Part shown: positions 49,649 through 59,163 of the stretch, one piece after another
Layout: the number at the start of each line of letters is the position of its first letter
How positions within the stretch are numbered: position 1 is the first letter of the stretch
From: Deferribacterales bacterium
GTDB lineage: Bacteria; Chrysiogenota; Deferribacteres; Deferribacterales; Geovibrionaceae
Assembly: GCA_050253075.1 (NCBI GenBank)
Contig: JBFWJS010000002.1
Coordinates: forward strand, 224,001 to 288,000
Direction of reading: 5' to 3'
DNA length: 64,000 bases
Notes under the pieces: model-generated
What the model was told of the DNA's origin: nothing
Databases searched by the model: none
What the model saw: only the letters and a program-made list of their open reading frames with translations
Program-made: the position numbers and the translations under genes

Positions 49649-51073
49649 ATGATGAAGGAATACAGAATCTTAACAGGCGGCATGGGGGCCGGAGTATCAA
49701 ATTGGGAGCTTGCCAAAGCAGTAGGAAAATGCGGACAGATAGGCGTTATATCCGGCACTGCTATGGATGTCATCCTCGCAAGAAGACTCCAGGAGGGCGA
49801 CAAAGACGGCAATATGCGCCGTGCGCTCGCTGAATTCCCTCTCAAAAATGTAGCTGAAAGAATAATCAGTGAATACTTCATCGAAGGCGGTAAGGAGGCA
49901 GACGCTTCTTACAAGCCTGTTCCGATGTATACTATCGAGCCCGAGCAGGAGCTTTTCGAGCTTACTGTTGCGGCAAACTTTGTGGAGACATTCCTTGCAA
50001 AGGAAGGCCACGACAACCCTATCGGCATGAACCTTATGGAAAAAGTTACACTGCCTAACCTCGCCTCTATATACGGCGGGATGCTGGCAGGCATAGACTA
50101 TATAGTTATGGGCGCAGGTATCCCTAGAGAGATCCCCGGCGTCATCGAAGCATTTTCAAAAGGCGAAGACGCATCAATCCGCATAAATGTGGAAGGTGCA
50201 GACAAAGACGAAGAATACCGCATGCATTTCAGCCCGAAAGCCATCATGGGTGATAAACTCACTGAGCTCGCAAGGCCGAAGTTCTATGCTATCGTATCTT
50301 CGAACATCCTCGCCACTACACTCGTTAAAAAGACAAAACCCGCTGTTGACGGGCTCGTTATCGAGCACAACTCAGCAGGCGGACACAACGCTCCCCCACG
50401 CGGAGGCATTGTCCTCGACGAAGGCGGCGAGCCGATATACTCTGAAAAAGACGAAGTAGACATGGAAAAGATCCGCTCTCTGAACGTGCCTTTCTGGCTC
50501 GCAGGTTCATGGGGCGAGGCTTGTAAGCTCAAAGAGGCCATCGCAGAAGGCGCTCAGGGCATACAGATAGGCACACTCTTTGCCATGTGTAAGGAATCAG
50601 GCTTCCTCGAAAATATCAAGAAGTCCATTCTAGATATGATGCCTGACGTTTTCACCGATCCGAAAGCATCACCGACAGGTTTCCCTTTTAAAGTTGTAAA
50701 ACTCGAGGGGACTCTCGCTATGCTCGAAACATATCTCAAACGCCCGAGGATATGCAACCTCGGCTACCTCCGCTCTGTTTATAAAAAGGCAGACGGATCA
50801 CTCGGATACCGCTGTGCAGCCGAGCCTATCAAGGCTTTCATCAAAAAAGGCGGTAAAGAGGAAGATGCCGAAGGCAGAAAGTGTCTTTGCAACGCATTGG
50901 TTGCAAATATCGGACTGCCCGAAGTCTATAAAAACGGATATGTAGAGCAGACTCTCATCACTGCAGGAGACACTCTTAAGAAAGTTCGTGAATTCATAAA
51001 AGAAGGAACTGAGCTGACAGTAGCAGATGTCATTGAAGCACTGATGATGGACATCAGCCCTTCAAAAGCGTAA
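49649..51073 (+). CDS. Nitronate monooxygenase/FabK-like FMN enzyme with Cys-containing C-terminal extension
   Basis: GGMGAGVS..ELA.AV, MGAGIP, AGGHNAP, GIQIGT.F, SPTGFPF. Start moved to ATG 49649/49652. Confidence 0.85.
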   Translation: MMKEYRILTGGMGAGVSNWELAKAVGKCGQIGVISGTAMDVILARRLQEGDKDGNMRRALAEFPLKNVAERIISEYFIEGGKEADASYKPVPMYTIEPEQELFELTVAANFVETFLAKEGHDNPIGMNLMEKVTLPNLASIYGGMLAGIDYIVMGAGIPREIPGVIEAFSKGEDASIRINVEGADKDEEYRMHFSPKAIMGDKLTELARPKFYAIVSSNILATTLVKKTKPAVDGLVIEHNSAGGHNAPPRGGIVLDEGGEPIYSEKDEVDMEKIRSLNVPFWLAGSWGEACKLKEAIAEGAQGIQIGTLFAMCKESGFLENIKKSILDMMPDVFTDPKASPTGFPFKVVKLEGTLAMLETYLKRPRICNLGYLRSVYKKADGSLGYRCAAEPIKAFIKKGGKEEDAEGRKCLCNALVANIGLPEVYKNGYVEQTLITAGDTLKKVREFIKEGTELTVADVIEALMMDISPSKA

Positions 51074-51077
51074 AAGA

Positions 51078-51524
51078 CTAAATATACTTTCGAAAACCGA
51101 CATAGTCTGTTTCTGTCCAGCCGTGCTTTTTATAAAAGGCGATGGCAGATTCATTCTGTTGATACACCATGAGCTGCAGCCTTGATACACCCTCGGATTT
51201 CGCATATTTTTCGATATGATCGAGCAGCAGACTGCCTATGCCCATGCCGGAGTATGCTTCATCCACCACGACATCCTCCACTACTCCCGCATACCCGCCC
51301 TGTACGGTGGATATGAAGAGGTGCAGGCTGCACATGCCGACGACATTACCTTCGAGCTCTGCCACAAAGACATCCGCAATATTGCTTTCCAGAACCAGAG
51401 AAAAGCCCTTTTTCTGAGCCTCCTGCTTATTAGGAAAGTCACTCTCAAGGCTGAGGAGATAGTCCATCAGCTTCAGCAGTGATTCCATGTCTTTCTTTTC
51501 AGCTTTGCGAATAATAATGTCCAT
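51078..51524 (-). CDS. GNAT N-acetyltransferase
   Basis: VEDVVVDEAYSGMGIGSLL, NESAIAFYKKHGW. Confidence 0.9.
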   Translation of the reverse strand: MDIIIRKAEKKDMESLLKLMDYLLSLESDFPNKQEAQKKGFSLVLESNIADVFVAELEGNVVGMCSLHLFISTVQGGYAGVVEDVVVDEAYSGMGIGSLLLDHIEKYAKSEGVSRLQLMVYQQNESAIAFYKKHGWTETDYVGFRKYI

Positions 51525-51593
51525 ATGGCAGCTCCGACTTTTATCAGAAACTATAATACCTTATGGTGCATTTATTTCAACAGGTAATAATTT

Positions 51594-52271
51594 TTAAACT
51601 TCTATCTTATAACCCACGCCGTAAATGGTGTGTACCACATTGTCTGAAACATGCTCTGCGAGTTTCTTACGCAGGTTTTTTATATGGCTGTCCACGGTGC
51701 GTTCGTAGCCTTCGAATTCGTATCCGTGAACGCTGGATATCAGGTCAGACCTGGAAAAAACAACGCCCGGATGCTTTGCCATTGTGAGCAGCAGCATGAA
51801 CTCGCTTCTGGTCAGCACGATATCCTTGCCGTCGCCTGAAACTTTGAAAAGCTCAGGATAAATGGTCAGCCTGCCTATGCTTATGGTCTGTACCGGGCTT
51901 TCGGGGCTTGTCCTGCGGAGTACTGCTTTCAGCCTTGCCACCACTTCTCTCGGGCTGAAAGGCTTACAGATATAGTCGTCTGCGCCAAGCTCCAGTCCGA
52001 TGAGCCTGTCTATCTCCTCCACCTTTGCCGTGAGCATTATCACAGGCAGGGCGGATTTCTTACGTATCCCTTTGCATATCTCCAGACCGTCTACCTCAGG
52101 GAGCATGACGTCGAGAATGACCGCATCGGGTGATATCCTTTCCACGGTCTCCAGTGCTCCTTTTCCGCTGCCGTGCACATGGGCTTCAAAACCTGCCTGT
52201 GCTAGGTAGTCTTTAAGAAGCAGAGCTATTTGCTCTTCGTCTTCTATTATGAGTATTCTTTTATTCATCAT
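51594..52271 (-). CDS. OmpR-family response regulator (BaeR-like)
   Basis: IIEDE, LDVMLP, AKVEEIDRLIGLELGADDYICKPFSPREVVAR, RTVDSHIKNLRKKL. ATG at 52271 or 52268. Confidence 0.93.
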   Translation of the reverse strand: MMNKRILIIEDEEQIALLLKDYLAQAGFEAHVHGSGKGALETVERISPDAVILDVMLPEVDGLEICKGIRKKSALPVIMLTAKVEEIDRLIGLELGADDYICKPFSPREVVARLKAVLRRTSPESPVQTISIGRLTIYPELFKVSGDGKDIVLTRSEFMLLLTMAKHPGVVFSRSDLISSVHGYEFEGYERTVDSHIKNLRKKLAEHVSDNVVHTIYGVGYKIEV

Positions 52272-53676
52272 TTGTCTCCAACGGCAGTCTGATATCAAGC
52301 CTCAGTCCGCCTTTTTCTCCTTTATGTGCCGAGATAGAGCCGTTATGCCCTTCTATAATAAACTTACATATCGAAAGCCCGAGACCGCTGCCGCCCGTGG
52401 TGGTACTGCGTGAGGAATCTATCCTGTACAGCCTGTCAAAGAGGAAAGGCAGGTGCTTATCTTCCACGCCCGGCCCTGTGTCCTCAAAGGAAAGCAGGAG
52501 TTGTCCCGCTTCCTTTTTACAAGTAACAAACATAACACCGGGACTCTTGGCATATTTGATGGCGTTTTCAAGTATGTTGATAAACACCTGATTTAAACGC
52601 ATCAGATCGCCTGCTATTTTTAAATTCTGCAGTGAACACTCGCAGCTTATCCTGAAATTATACTCAGCCATACGCACTTCATAAAAATCCAGCAGGCTGT
52701 AAAGCTCGCCCAGTATGTCTACGCTGAGCATCTGCATGTGCATTGCGCCCGATTCCGCCATGGTGATGTCGTGCAGCTCGTTGACGAGCCTCTTCATACG
52801 CATGGTGTTTTTATAAACAGACTCGATGGTATCCGCATCGGGCTTCCGCACGCCGTCCTGTATGGCCTCTATACTGCCGAGGATTACAGAGAGAGGTGTG
52901 CGCAGCTCGTGGGATATATCTGATATCCATCTGGACTGCTTCTGCTCGTATTCTTTCAGGGTATTTATCATTTTCTGGAAATTACATGTGAGCTCAGCTA
53001 TCTCATCGCTGGTGGTTATCTCCAGTTCAACGTCGAAGTCCCGCTCTGTGATACGTTTTGTGGCATCGCCCAGCTTTTTCAGCGGAGCCAGCATGTTCCT
53101 AGTAAGGAGCCACGCAGTAATAGTCACCATAGCGAGCACTATCAGAGATGTCATTATCAGCAGAGACACCTGACTTTCCAGAAATTTTTCTGCGAAGGGG
53201 TTCGGAGGCAGCTTATCAAACTTAAGAGCGCCAAAGTGCGCCACTGTCTTTCCCTCTGCTTCCACAGGAAATATGTGCATATCCTCGGGGCTGTATTCAC
53301 CACCCGCCAGATAATTCATATCTTTATCATACAGGGCAAATATTTCGTGCTGTTTAGGGAATCTGGGGATATCCTCTAACATATCAGGAGGCCCGGGAGG
53401 TGTGCCGAAGTCCTTAGTGCTGGACATCATAAAAGCTATGTGCAGTGGTTCCTGCCTGTTTATGAGTTTATCGAGACCGCCGTTCTTTTCATAATATTTT
53501 CCGATATTCTGCGCCATGACAGAAAACTCTTTTATCTTTGTCTTTTCAAGGTAGCTGCGAAAGTTCTTTTTCCCGAAATATCCGACAGAGACACCGGCTA
53601 TTATATGGCTCAAAAAGACTGACAGAAAGACGATACCGAAAAATTTATAAAAGAGCTTAATTCTCAATTTCTTCAC
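52261..53676 (-). CDS. HAMP-domain sensor histidine kinase (BaeS-like)
   Basis: 2 TM, DISHELRTPL, EAIQDGVR, NILENA.KY, DTGPGV, LFDRLYR.D.SR...GGSGLGL. Confidence 0.93.
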   Translation of the reverse strand: MKKLRIKLFYKFFGIVFLSVFLSHIIAGVSVGYFGKKNFRSYLEKTKIKEFSVMAQNIGKYYEKNGGLDKLINRQEPLHIAFMMSSTKDFGTPPGPPDMLEDIPRFPKQHEIFALYDKDMNYLAGGEYSPEDMHIFPVEAEGKTVAHFGALKFDKLPPNPFAEKFLESQVSLLIMTSLIVLAMVTITAWLLTRNMLAPLKKLGDATKRITERDFDVELEITTSDEIAELTCNFQKMINTLKEYEQKQSRWISDISHELRTPLSVILGSIEAIQDGVRKPDADTIESVYKNTMRMKRLVNELHDITMAESGAMHMQMLSVDILGELYSLLDFYEVRMAEYNFRISCECSLQNLKIAGDLMRLNQVFINILENAIKYAKSPGVMFVTCKKEAGQLLLSFEDTGPGVEDKHLPFLFDRLYRIDSSRSTTTGGSGLGLSICKFIIEGHNGSISAHKGEKGGLRLDIRLPLETNDE

Positions 53677-53785
53677 CTGAATTAAATTTAGTTAAACGAT
53701 CTCCACAATTCAACATCAAGATAATTTATGTCGCACTTAACATATTCCCTTCACATTTTATACACAATTGGGTTATATTATTATA

Positions 53786-53875
53786 GCGATATGAAAGTGG
53801 TAACCCACGATATTTCATAATCTCCTAATTAATTTCTACACACCACTAAAAAGCCGGACTTTTGTCCGGCTTTTT
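53786..53875 (+). ncRNA. Candidate small RNA (~90 nt)
   Basis: TATATT/TATTAT -10 near 53774-53781, stem-loop 53790-53819, single-stranded ATCTCCT, terminator 53848-53875. Confidence 0.35.
53848..53875. terminator. Bidirectional intrinsic terminator
   Basis: AAAAAGCCGGAC-TTTT-GTCCGGCTTTTT. Confidence 0.9.
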
Positions 53876-53904
53876 ACATTATGCCTACATTAGATATTCC
53901 CAGT

Positions 53905-54546
53905 CTAAGCTTCGATACTCAGAGAGGTATAATCCTCGCTCTTTGTCAGAGACTGGTTAAAGCTGTATAGATACTCCGACAAGGACTGCGTAGATGTTGT
54001 ACTGTCTTCGTCGTCGTCATCACTGCTTCCCATAGAGAAGATCTCATCCTGCAGAGATTCCAGAATGGCCAGATACGAGTTTGTAGAGGATTCGCTGCTC
54101 TCTTCGAGCTGTGCGAGGTACTCTTCGAAAGAATCTGTCTCGTCATCCTCATCCGTGGATTCTGCTCCTGAAGGTGGTGGCGGCGGAGGTCCTCCTGCGC
54201 CTTTCATACCCATTCCTTCGGCTCCTGCCATGTCTTCCAGCTCAGACATGTCTGGACGGTTAGCCTCTAAAAAGCTCTTTAGCTCTTCGCTGCTGTATGA
54301 GCCGTCGCCGTCTGCGTCGAAATCTGCGTACTGCTCACTCACGTTTATACTGTGCCCTGTTGTAGCCTCCAGCTCCGATACTAGAGAGGAGAGCTCGGAT
54401 TCATCTACCGAACCGTCGCCGCTTGTGTCGATAGCACTGAAGATATCCTCTGCCGAGGATTTCTGAACCTTAGTGGTGTTCGTCGTGCTGTTGGTAGACA
54501 CATAGCTCTGATAAGAGTAGCTGTCTGATCCATTGATATACATCAT
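53905..54546 (-). CDS. Acidic low-complexity EF-hand protein
   Basis: EF-hand loops DTSGDGSVDESE and DADGDGSYSSEE, a GGPPPPPP tract, S/D/E-rich; GGAGG RBS. Confidence 0.85.
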   Translation of the reverse strand: MMYINGSDSYSYQSYVSTNSTTNTTKVQKSSAEDIFSAIDTSGDGSVDESELSSLVSELEATTGHSINVSEQYADFDADGDGSYSSEELKSFLEANRPDMSELEDMAGAEGMGMKGAGGPPPPPPSGAESTDEDDETDSFEEYLAQLEESSESSTNSYLAILESLQDEIFSMGSSDDDDEDSTTSTQSLSEYLYSFNQSLTKSEDYTSLSIEA

Positions 54547-54670
54547 TACCTCCGTATAAGGTCAAACTACGGATTTATACGCACTCACGGCATAACTCAC
54601 CCATAGCGGCACATGTATACCTTAACCCATCAATATGAAATGATTATGGACAAAAAAAGCAGAAAATGTG

Positions 54671-55099
54671 TTAGATGACGTTTATCTCGGCGGGGAGGAA
54701 ACATTTCGGCACGGATTCCATCCTGAAAAGGTGCGTGATGCACTTGCAGTCGCTGGAGCCGAAGCCCTTCATGGGGATCTCTGCGCCCATTTCTATAAAT
54801 GTCTGTGCGATGCGGTGCTCGGCCTCTGCGGACTCTGTGGTATACCACAGGCGGACAGCCTTCATTTGTCTGCGGATATAGTCTATGTGCCATCGGCATT
54901 TCTTTGCTGTTTTCAGATGGCGTGACAGCCTGCTTTTAAGCCCGCCCCCTCCGAAAGCACTGCCGACATATGCGTATATCCCCTCCTGCACGGACATTGT
55001 GCCGAGACTGCCGACCTTTATATCCATCCTTTTATCACAGTGGAGGAAAACCACATAAACACCCTTATCCGAAGGGATCCTATCTTTTATCTTCTTCAT
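54671..55099 (-). CDS. DUF123-type GIY-YIG (Uri superfamily) nuclease
   Basis: KGVYV, G.YAYVGSAFG.GGL..RL.RH, RWHIDY, GFGSSDCKC.THLF. Confidence 0.85.
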   Translation of the reverse strand: MKKIKDRIPSDKGVYVVFLHCDKRMDIKVGSLGTMSVQEGIYAYVGSAFGGGGLKSRLSRHLKTAKKCRWHIDYIRRQMKAVRLWYTTESAEAEHRIAQTFIEMGAEIPMKGFGSSDCKCITHLFRMESVPKCFLPAEINVI

Positions 55100-55136
55100 C
55101 GTCAGATTTTATCAGCTAATCTGGTATAATGGTACT

Positions 55137-56558
55137 ATGAAAATACTCATTACAGGCGCAACGGGATACATCGGGCGCAGACTTACAAACGAACTGATAA
55201 AAGACGGGGCAGACATCCGCATACTGGTGCGAAACAAGGCAAAGCTGGAACGCACAATGCAGGAAGCGTGCGAGGTGACAGAGGGCTCGACATTCGACCC
55301 GGAAGCCCTTGCAAAAGCTCTGGAAGGGATACATACGGCGTATTACCTCATACATTCCATGGGCAAGTCTGGCGACTTTGAAGATATGGACAGGCAGAGC
55401 GCAGAGCTCTTCCGTGATGCGTGCATAGATGCAGGGGTTAAAAAGATAATATACCTCGGCGGGCTCGGACACTCAGACTCTGCCAGCAAACACCTGCGCA
55501 GCAGGATGGAGACGGGCGACATATTATCCGCAAAGCCTGATAAGGTGCAGACAGTCATGTTCCGTGCGGGGGTAATCATAGGCTCCGGCTCTGTCAGCTT
55601 TGAGATAATCCGAAATATCTGCCAGAAGCTCCCCGCCATGATAACGCCGAAATGGGTGGACACAAAGACCGAGCCAATCGGCATAGACGACGTGATCAGC
55701 TATCTGAAAAAGGCAGGAATGCGCACATTTCAGCCCGACGAGGGGAAGGTTGTCATAGACATCGGCGCAGAGGTCATGAGCTTTAAAGAGATGCTGGAAG
55801 GCGCATCGAAGGTGATGCACCTGAAGCGTAAGGTTATAAAGGTGCCGGTGCTTTCCCCTAAGATGTCCTCATACTGGCTGATAATCTTCACTCCTGTGAA
55901 CTTCGGCGTAGCGAGGGCTCTCGTCGAGGGGCTCTCCAGCGAAACAGTAAAGCTGAACGGCAATGCCGAAAAATACTTCCCCGATATAAAGCCAGCAGGC
56001 TATGAGAAAGCATTCAGCAAAGCGATAGAAGACATACACAACAGACAGGTGGTCTCAAGCTGGTGCGACAGCAGCGGCGGAAAGGCTTGCGATGTGCCAT
56101 TCGTACACGACATCAGCCACGCCGTATATAAAGACAGATATGTAGACGAAATAGGCGGACACGACCCAAAGAAGGTATTCCGAAACGTACTTGCCCTCGG
56201 CGGACACAACGGATGGGGCGCATATAATTTCCTCTGGCAGATGCGGGGCATCCTGGACAAGCTGGCGGGCGGATACGGCACAGGTAGAGGGCGCAGAGAC
56301 GACTTTGACCTGCGGATAGGAGATTCGCTCGACTGGTGGAAGGTTGTGGATATTGTTCCGGATAAACGGCTTCTACTCTCGGCACAGATGAAGCTACCCG
56401 CCGATGCATGGCTGGAGTTTCAGGTTGTCGACGGATATCTGATACAGACTCTTTTTTTATACCCAAAGGGGATTCTGGGCAGGCTTTACTGGTACACAAT
56501 GCTCCCCTTTCACAAGCTGATATTTAAGCGCATGGCAAAGGAACTGATAGAAGGCTGA
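55137..56558 (+). CDS. YbjT-like SDR-family oxidoreductase with DUF2867 domain
   Basis: TGATGYIG.RL, AYYLIHSM, IYLGGL, HLRSR, IIGSGS.SFE; C-terminal GDSLDWWKV, AQMKLP, P.GILGRLYW. Confidence 0.9.
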   Translation: MKILITGATGYIGRRLTNELIKDGADIRILVRNKAKLERTMQEACEVTEGSTFDPEALAKALEGIHTAYYLIHSMGKSGDFEDMDRQSAELFRDACIDAGVKKIIYLGGLGHSDSASKHLRSRMETGDILSAKPDKVQTVMFRAGVIIGSGSVSFEIIRNICQKLPAMITPKWVDTKTEPIGIDDVISYLKKAGMRTFQPDEGKVVIDIGAEVMSFKEMLEGASKVMHLKRKVIKVPVLSPKMSSYWLIIFTPVNFGVARALVEGLSSETVKLNGNAEKYFPDIKPAGYEKAFSKAIEDIHNRQVVSSWCDSSGGKACDVPFVHDISHAVYKDRYVDEIGGHDPKKVFRNVLALGGHNGWGAYNFLWQMRGILDKLAGGYGTGRGRRDDFDLRIGDSLDWWKVVDIVPDKRLLLSAQMKLPADAWLEFQVVDGYLIQTLFLYPKGILGRLYWYTMLPFHKLIFKRMAKELIEG

Positions 56559-56580
56559 GCTGAATGTAAATACTTTTACA

Positions 56581-56614
56581 GAGATTGCCGCGTCGCTGCG
56601 CTCCTCGCAATGAC
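56581..56614. repeat. Single REP-like unit (second subtype)
   Basis: GAGATTGCCGCGTCGCTGCGCTCCTCGCAATGAC, one mismatch to 30386-30418. Confidence 0.85.
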
Positions 56615-56705
56615 ATCCACACTATACTGAAAGTTCAAGCGGAGTGGGAGTGAAGCCGTAACTTGTAAGGCTGAACGACCGAATTAAAAATGCAGGGACG
56701 CATTT

Positions 56706-57104
56706 TTAATCAGCTAATGGATCCTCCCCGTCCTGCCATGAAGCGAGGTAACGCTCGTGCAGGTGAAAATCCTCACCCTTATGCTCTGTGAAAGTAACAT
56801 AGACATTCTGGTGCGGGATGCCCCACACGTCGAAGATGATACCCATAAAGCCGAGTGCTAGGGAACGCCTCTGGATGAGCTCCCGCCCTTCACGTATGTC
56901 GGCATTCACAAGGGCTACACCCTGCTTATTATCCTCTACCCTGCCTATGAAAAGGTTATATGTGTCGTGCTCTCTGATGGATATGCTGATATGGTCTGTG
57001 CCCGTGCCCATAACCTCGCTGAAGAGCGCTTTGATCTTTTCGCTGAAGAAAATCTTGTCTTCGTCCTGAAGCGGACGGTTTATGTCAAACTGAAGATGCG
57101 GCAT
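56706..57104 (-). CDS. Tautomerase/MIF-superfamily protein
   Basis: N-terminal catalytic Pro (MPHLQFD), ADIREGR...QRR, NVYV.FTEH; GGAGG RBS. Confidence 0.8.
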   Translation of the reverse strand: MPHLQFDINRPLQDEDKIFFSEKIKALFSEVMGTGTDHISISIREHDTYNLFIGRVEDNKQGVALVNADIREGRELIQRRSLALGFMGIIFDVWGIPHQNVYVTFTEHKGEDFHLHERYLASWQDGEDPLAD

Positions 57105-57232
57105 TTACCACCTCCGAAGGCTTATACACTTAGTATAGCCTCCGGAGATGATTTTTCACGTTTATTTTAGAAAGTGACCATCGGGAACGCCCGAGTCAGG
57201 CACACCGAATGCGGTCACGGCGTAGAGTCTTG

Positions 57233-59071
57233 TTATGCTTTGCCGGAGAGTTTTTTCGCTCTGGCTGTGTGTCTTTCCTGCTGACCGAGGATCTTCTTAC
57301 GAAGGCGGATGTTCTTCGGAGTAACTTCCACCAGCTCGTCATCAGCGATGAAGTGTATCGCCTTTTCCAGTGTCATAGGTGTCACAGGAGTAAGTGTGAG
57401 CGCATCATCTTTACCGGATGCACGAACGTTCGTAAGTTTCTTTTCTTTACAAGGGTTTGCGTTAAGGTCGTTATCTTTGTTGTACGCACCGATGATCATA
57501 CCTTCGTAAACGACGTCGCCCGCTTTGATGAAAAGCTCGCCTCTAGGCTCGAGGTGGAAGAGACCGTATGTAACGCCCTTTCCTGCTCTGTCGGAAACGA
57601 TAGAACCTGTGAATCTGGAAGGTATATCGCCTCTGTGCGGTTCGTATCCCTGAAGGAGTGAGTTCATGATACCTGTACCCTTAGTGTCGGAGAGGAATTC
57701 GTCTCTGTATCCGATAAGTCCGCGGGAAGGGATGGAGAACTCAAGTCTCGCACGTCCTGTTCCGTTGTTTATAAGGTTTGTCATACGTCCTTTTCTGATG
57801 GAGAGCTTCTCAGTGATAACACCGACGAAAGCCTCGTCACAGTCGATGAAGAGGTGTTCGATAGGCTCGCAAACCTGTCCGTCTACCTCTTTGAAGATAA
57901 CCTCGGGACGTCCGACGCAAACTTCGAATCCTTCACGGCGCATTGTTTCAAGGATGATGGCCATCTGGAATTCACCACGGCCCTTCACGATGAAGCAGTC
58001 ACGCTCTTTATCTTCCTCAACTTTGATAGCAACGTTCTGAAGTGTCTCTTTTACCAGTCTGTCCTTTATACGGTTAGACTGTACGAGTTTCCCTTCCTGA
58101 CCGGAAAGAGGTCCGTTGTTTGGAAGGAACTGCATAGCAACTGTGGGCTCGTCCACTGTGATTCTAGGGAGAGCTTTCGGAGCATCTTTTGTACAGATTG
58201 TGTCTCCGATGAGGATGTCTTCGATACCGGAAAGGACAATGATCTCGCCCGGGTCGGCAACAGCGACTTCCTTTGTGCCCAGTCCGTCATATATCTGTAG
58301 TTTTGTAACGCGGAGGGTCTGCTTTATGTCGTCAGGTCCCATACGTACAAGTGTTTCGTTTGATTTAGCTGATCCGTTGATAACCTTGCCCACTGCGAGT
58401 CTGCCGAGGTATTCGGAATATCCGAGGTCGCTCACGAGCATCTGGAAAGGCTCTTCCTCTTTATATGTAGGAGCAGGGATCTGCTCAACGATAGCGTTGA
58501 AGAGCGGCTGAAGGTCTTTGCCTTCGTCCTCGAGCTCTTTCTTACATATACCCTGCTTACCGATAGCGTAGAATACAGGGAATTCTATCTGCTCGTCATC
58601 GGCGCCGAGGTCGATGAAGAGGTCGTATATTTCATTAAGCACTTCATTTATACGGGCGTCTGGTCTGTCGATCTTGTTGATAACAACGATGATCTTAAGC
58701 CCTGCTTCGAAAGCCTTACCCAGAACGAATCTTGTCTGAGGGAGCGGTCCTTCGGACGCATCCACGAGGAGTATTGCGCCGTCCACCATAGAGAGCGCAC
58801 GCTCAACCTCACCGCCGAAGTCGGCGTGTCCCGGTGTGTCCAGGATGTTGATCTTTATATCGCCCCATTTAACTGCGCAGTTCTTCGCAGAGATGGTGAT
58901 GCCTCGCTCACGCTCGAGGTCCATGCTGTCCATCAGCCTGTCCTCAACTTCCTGCTCCTCTCTGAACATACCGCTCTGTTTGAAGAGGGCGTCTACGAGG
59001 GTGGTCTTACCGTGGTCAACGTGTGCGATGATTGCTATATTTCTCAGTTTCTCGTTCTGTACTTTTCCCAT
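57233..59071 (-). CDS. typA: Translational GTPase TypA/BipA
   Basis: NIAIIAHVDHGKTTLVD, ERERGITI, DTPGHADFGGEVER, GRGE, PSRGLIG, DELVEVTP..IRLRK. Confidence 0.97.
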   Translation of the reverse strand: MGKVQNEKLRNIAIIAHVDHGKTTLVDALFKQSGMFREEQEVEDRLMDSMDLERERGITISAKNCAVKWGDIKINILDTPGHADFGGEVERALSMVDGAILLVDASEGPLPQTRFVLGKAFEAGLKIIVVINKIDRPDARINEVLNEIYDLFIDLGADDEQIEFPVFYAIGKQGICKKELEDEGKDLQPLFNAIVEQIPAPTYKEEEPFQMLVSDLGYSEYLGRLAVGKVINGSAKSNETLVRMGPDDIKQTLRVTKLQIYDGLGTKEVAVADPGEIIVLSGIEDILIGDTICTKDAPKALPRITVDEPTVAMQFLPNNGPLSGQEGKLVQSNRIKDRLVKETLQNVAIKVEEDKERDCFIVKGRGEFQMAIILETMRREGFEVCVGRPEVIFKEVDGQVCEPIEHLFIDCDEAFVGVITEKLSIRKGRMTNLINNGTGRARLEFSIPSRGLIGYRDEFLSDTKGTGIMNSLLQGYEPHRGDIPSRFTGSIVSDRAGKGVTYGLFHLEPRGELFIKAGDVVYEGMIIGAYNKDNDLNANPCKEKKLTNVRASGKDDALTLTPVTPMTLEKAIHFIADDELVEVTPKNIRLRKKILGQQERHTARAKKLSGKA

Positions 59072-59163
59072 GATGTATTAAAGGCTCCTTATATTCAAAA
59101 GCCAGACAGTATTCACTACTTTTGACAATAAGGGAAGAGGTATTTTAAATATTTTAATAAAAA

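Noticed and set aside
54671..55099. GIY-YIG nuclease as homing endonuclease or repeat mobiliser
   Set aside because: DUF123-type stand-alone gene, with no intron context and no flanking repeats.
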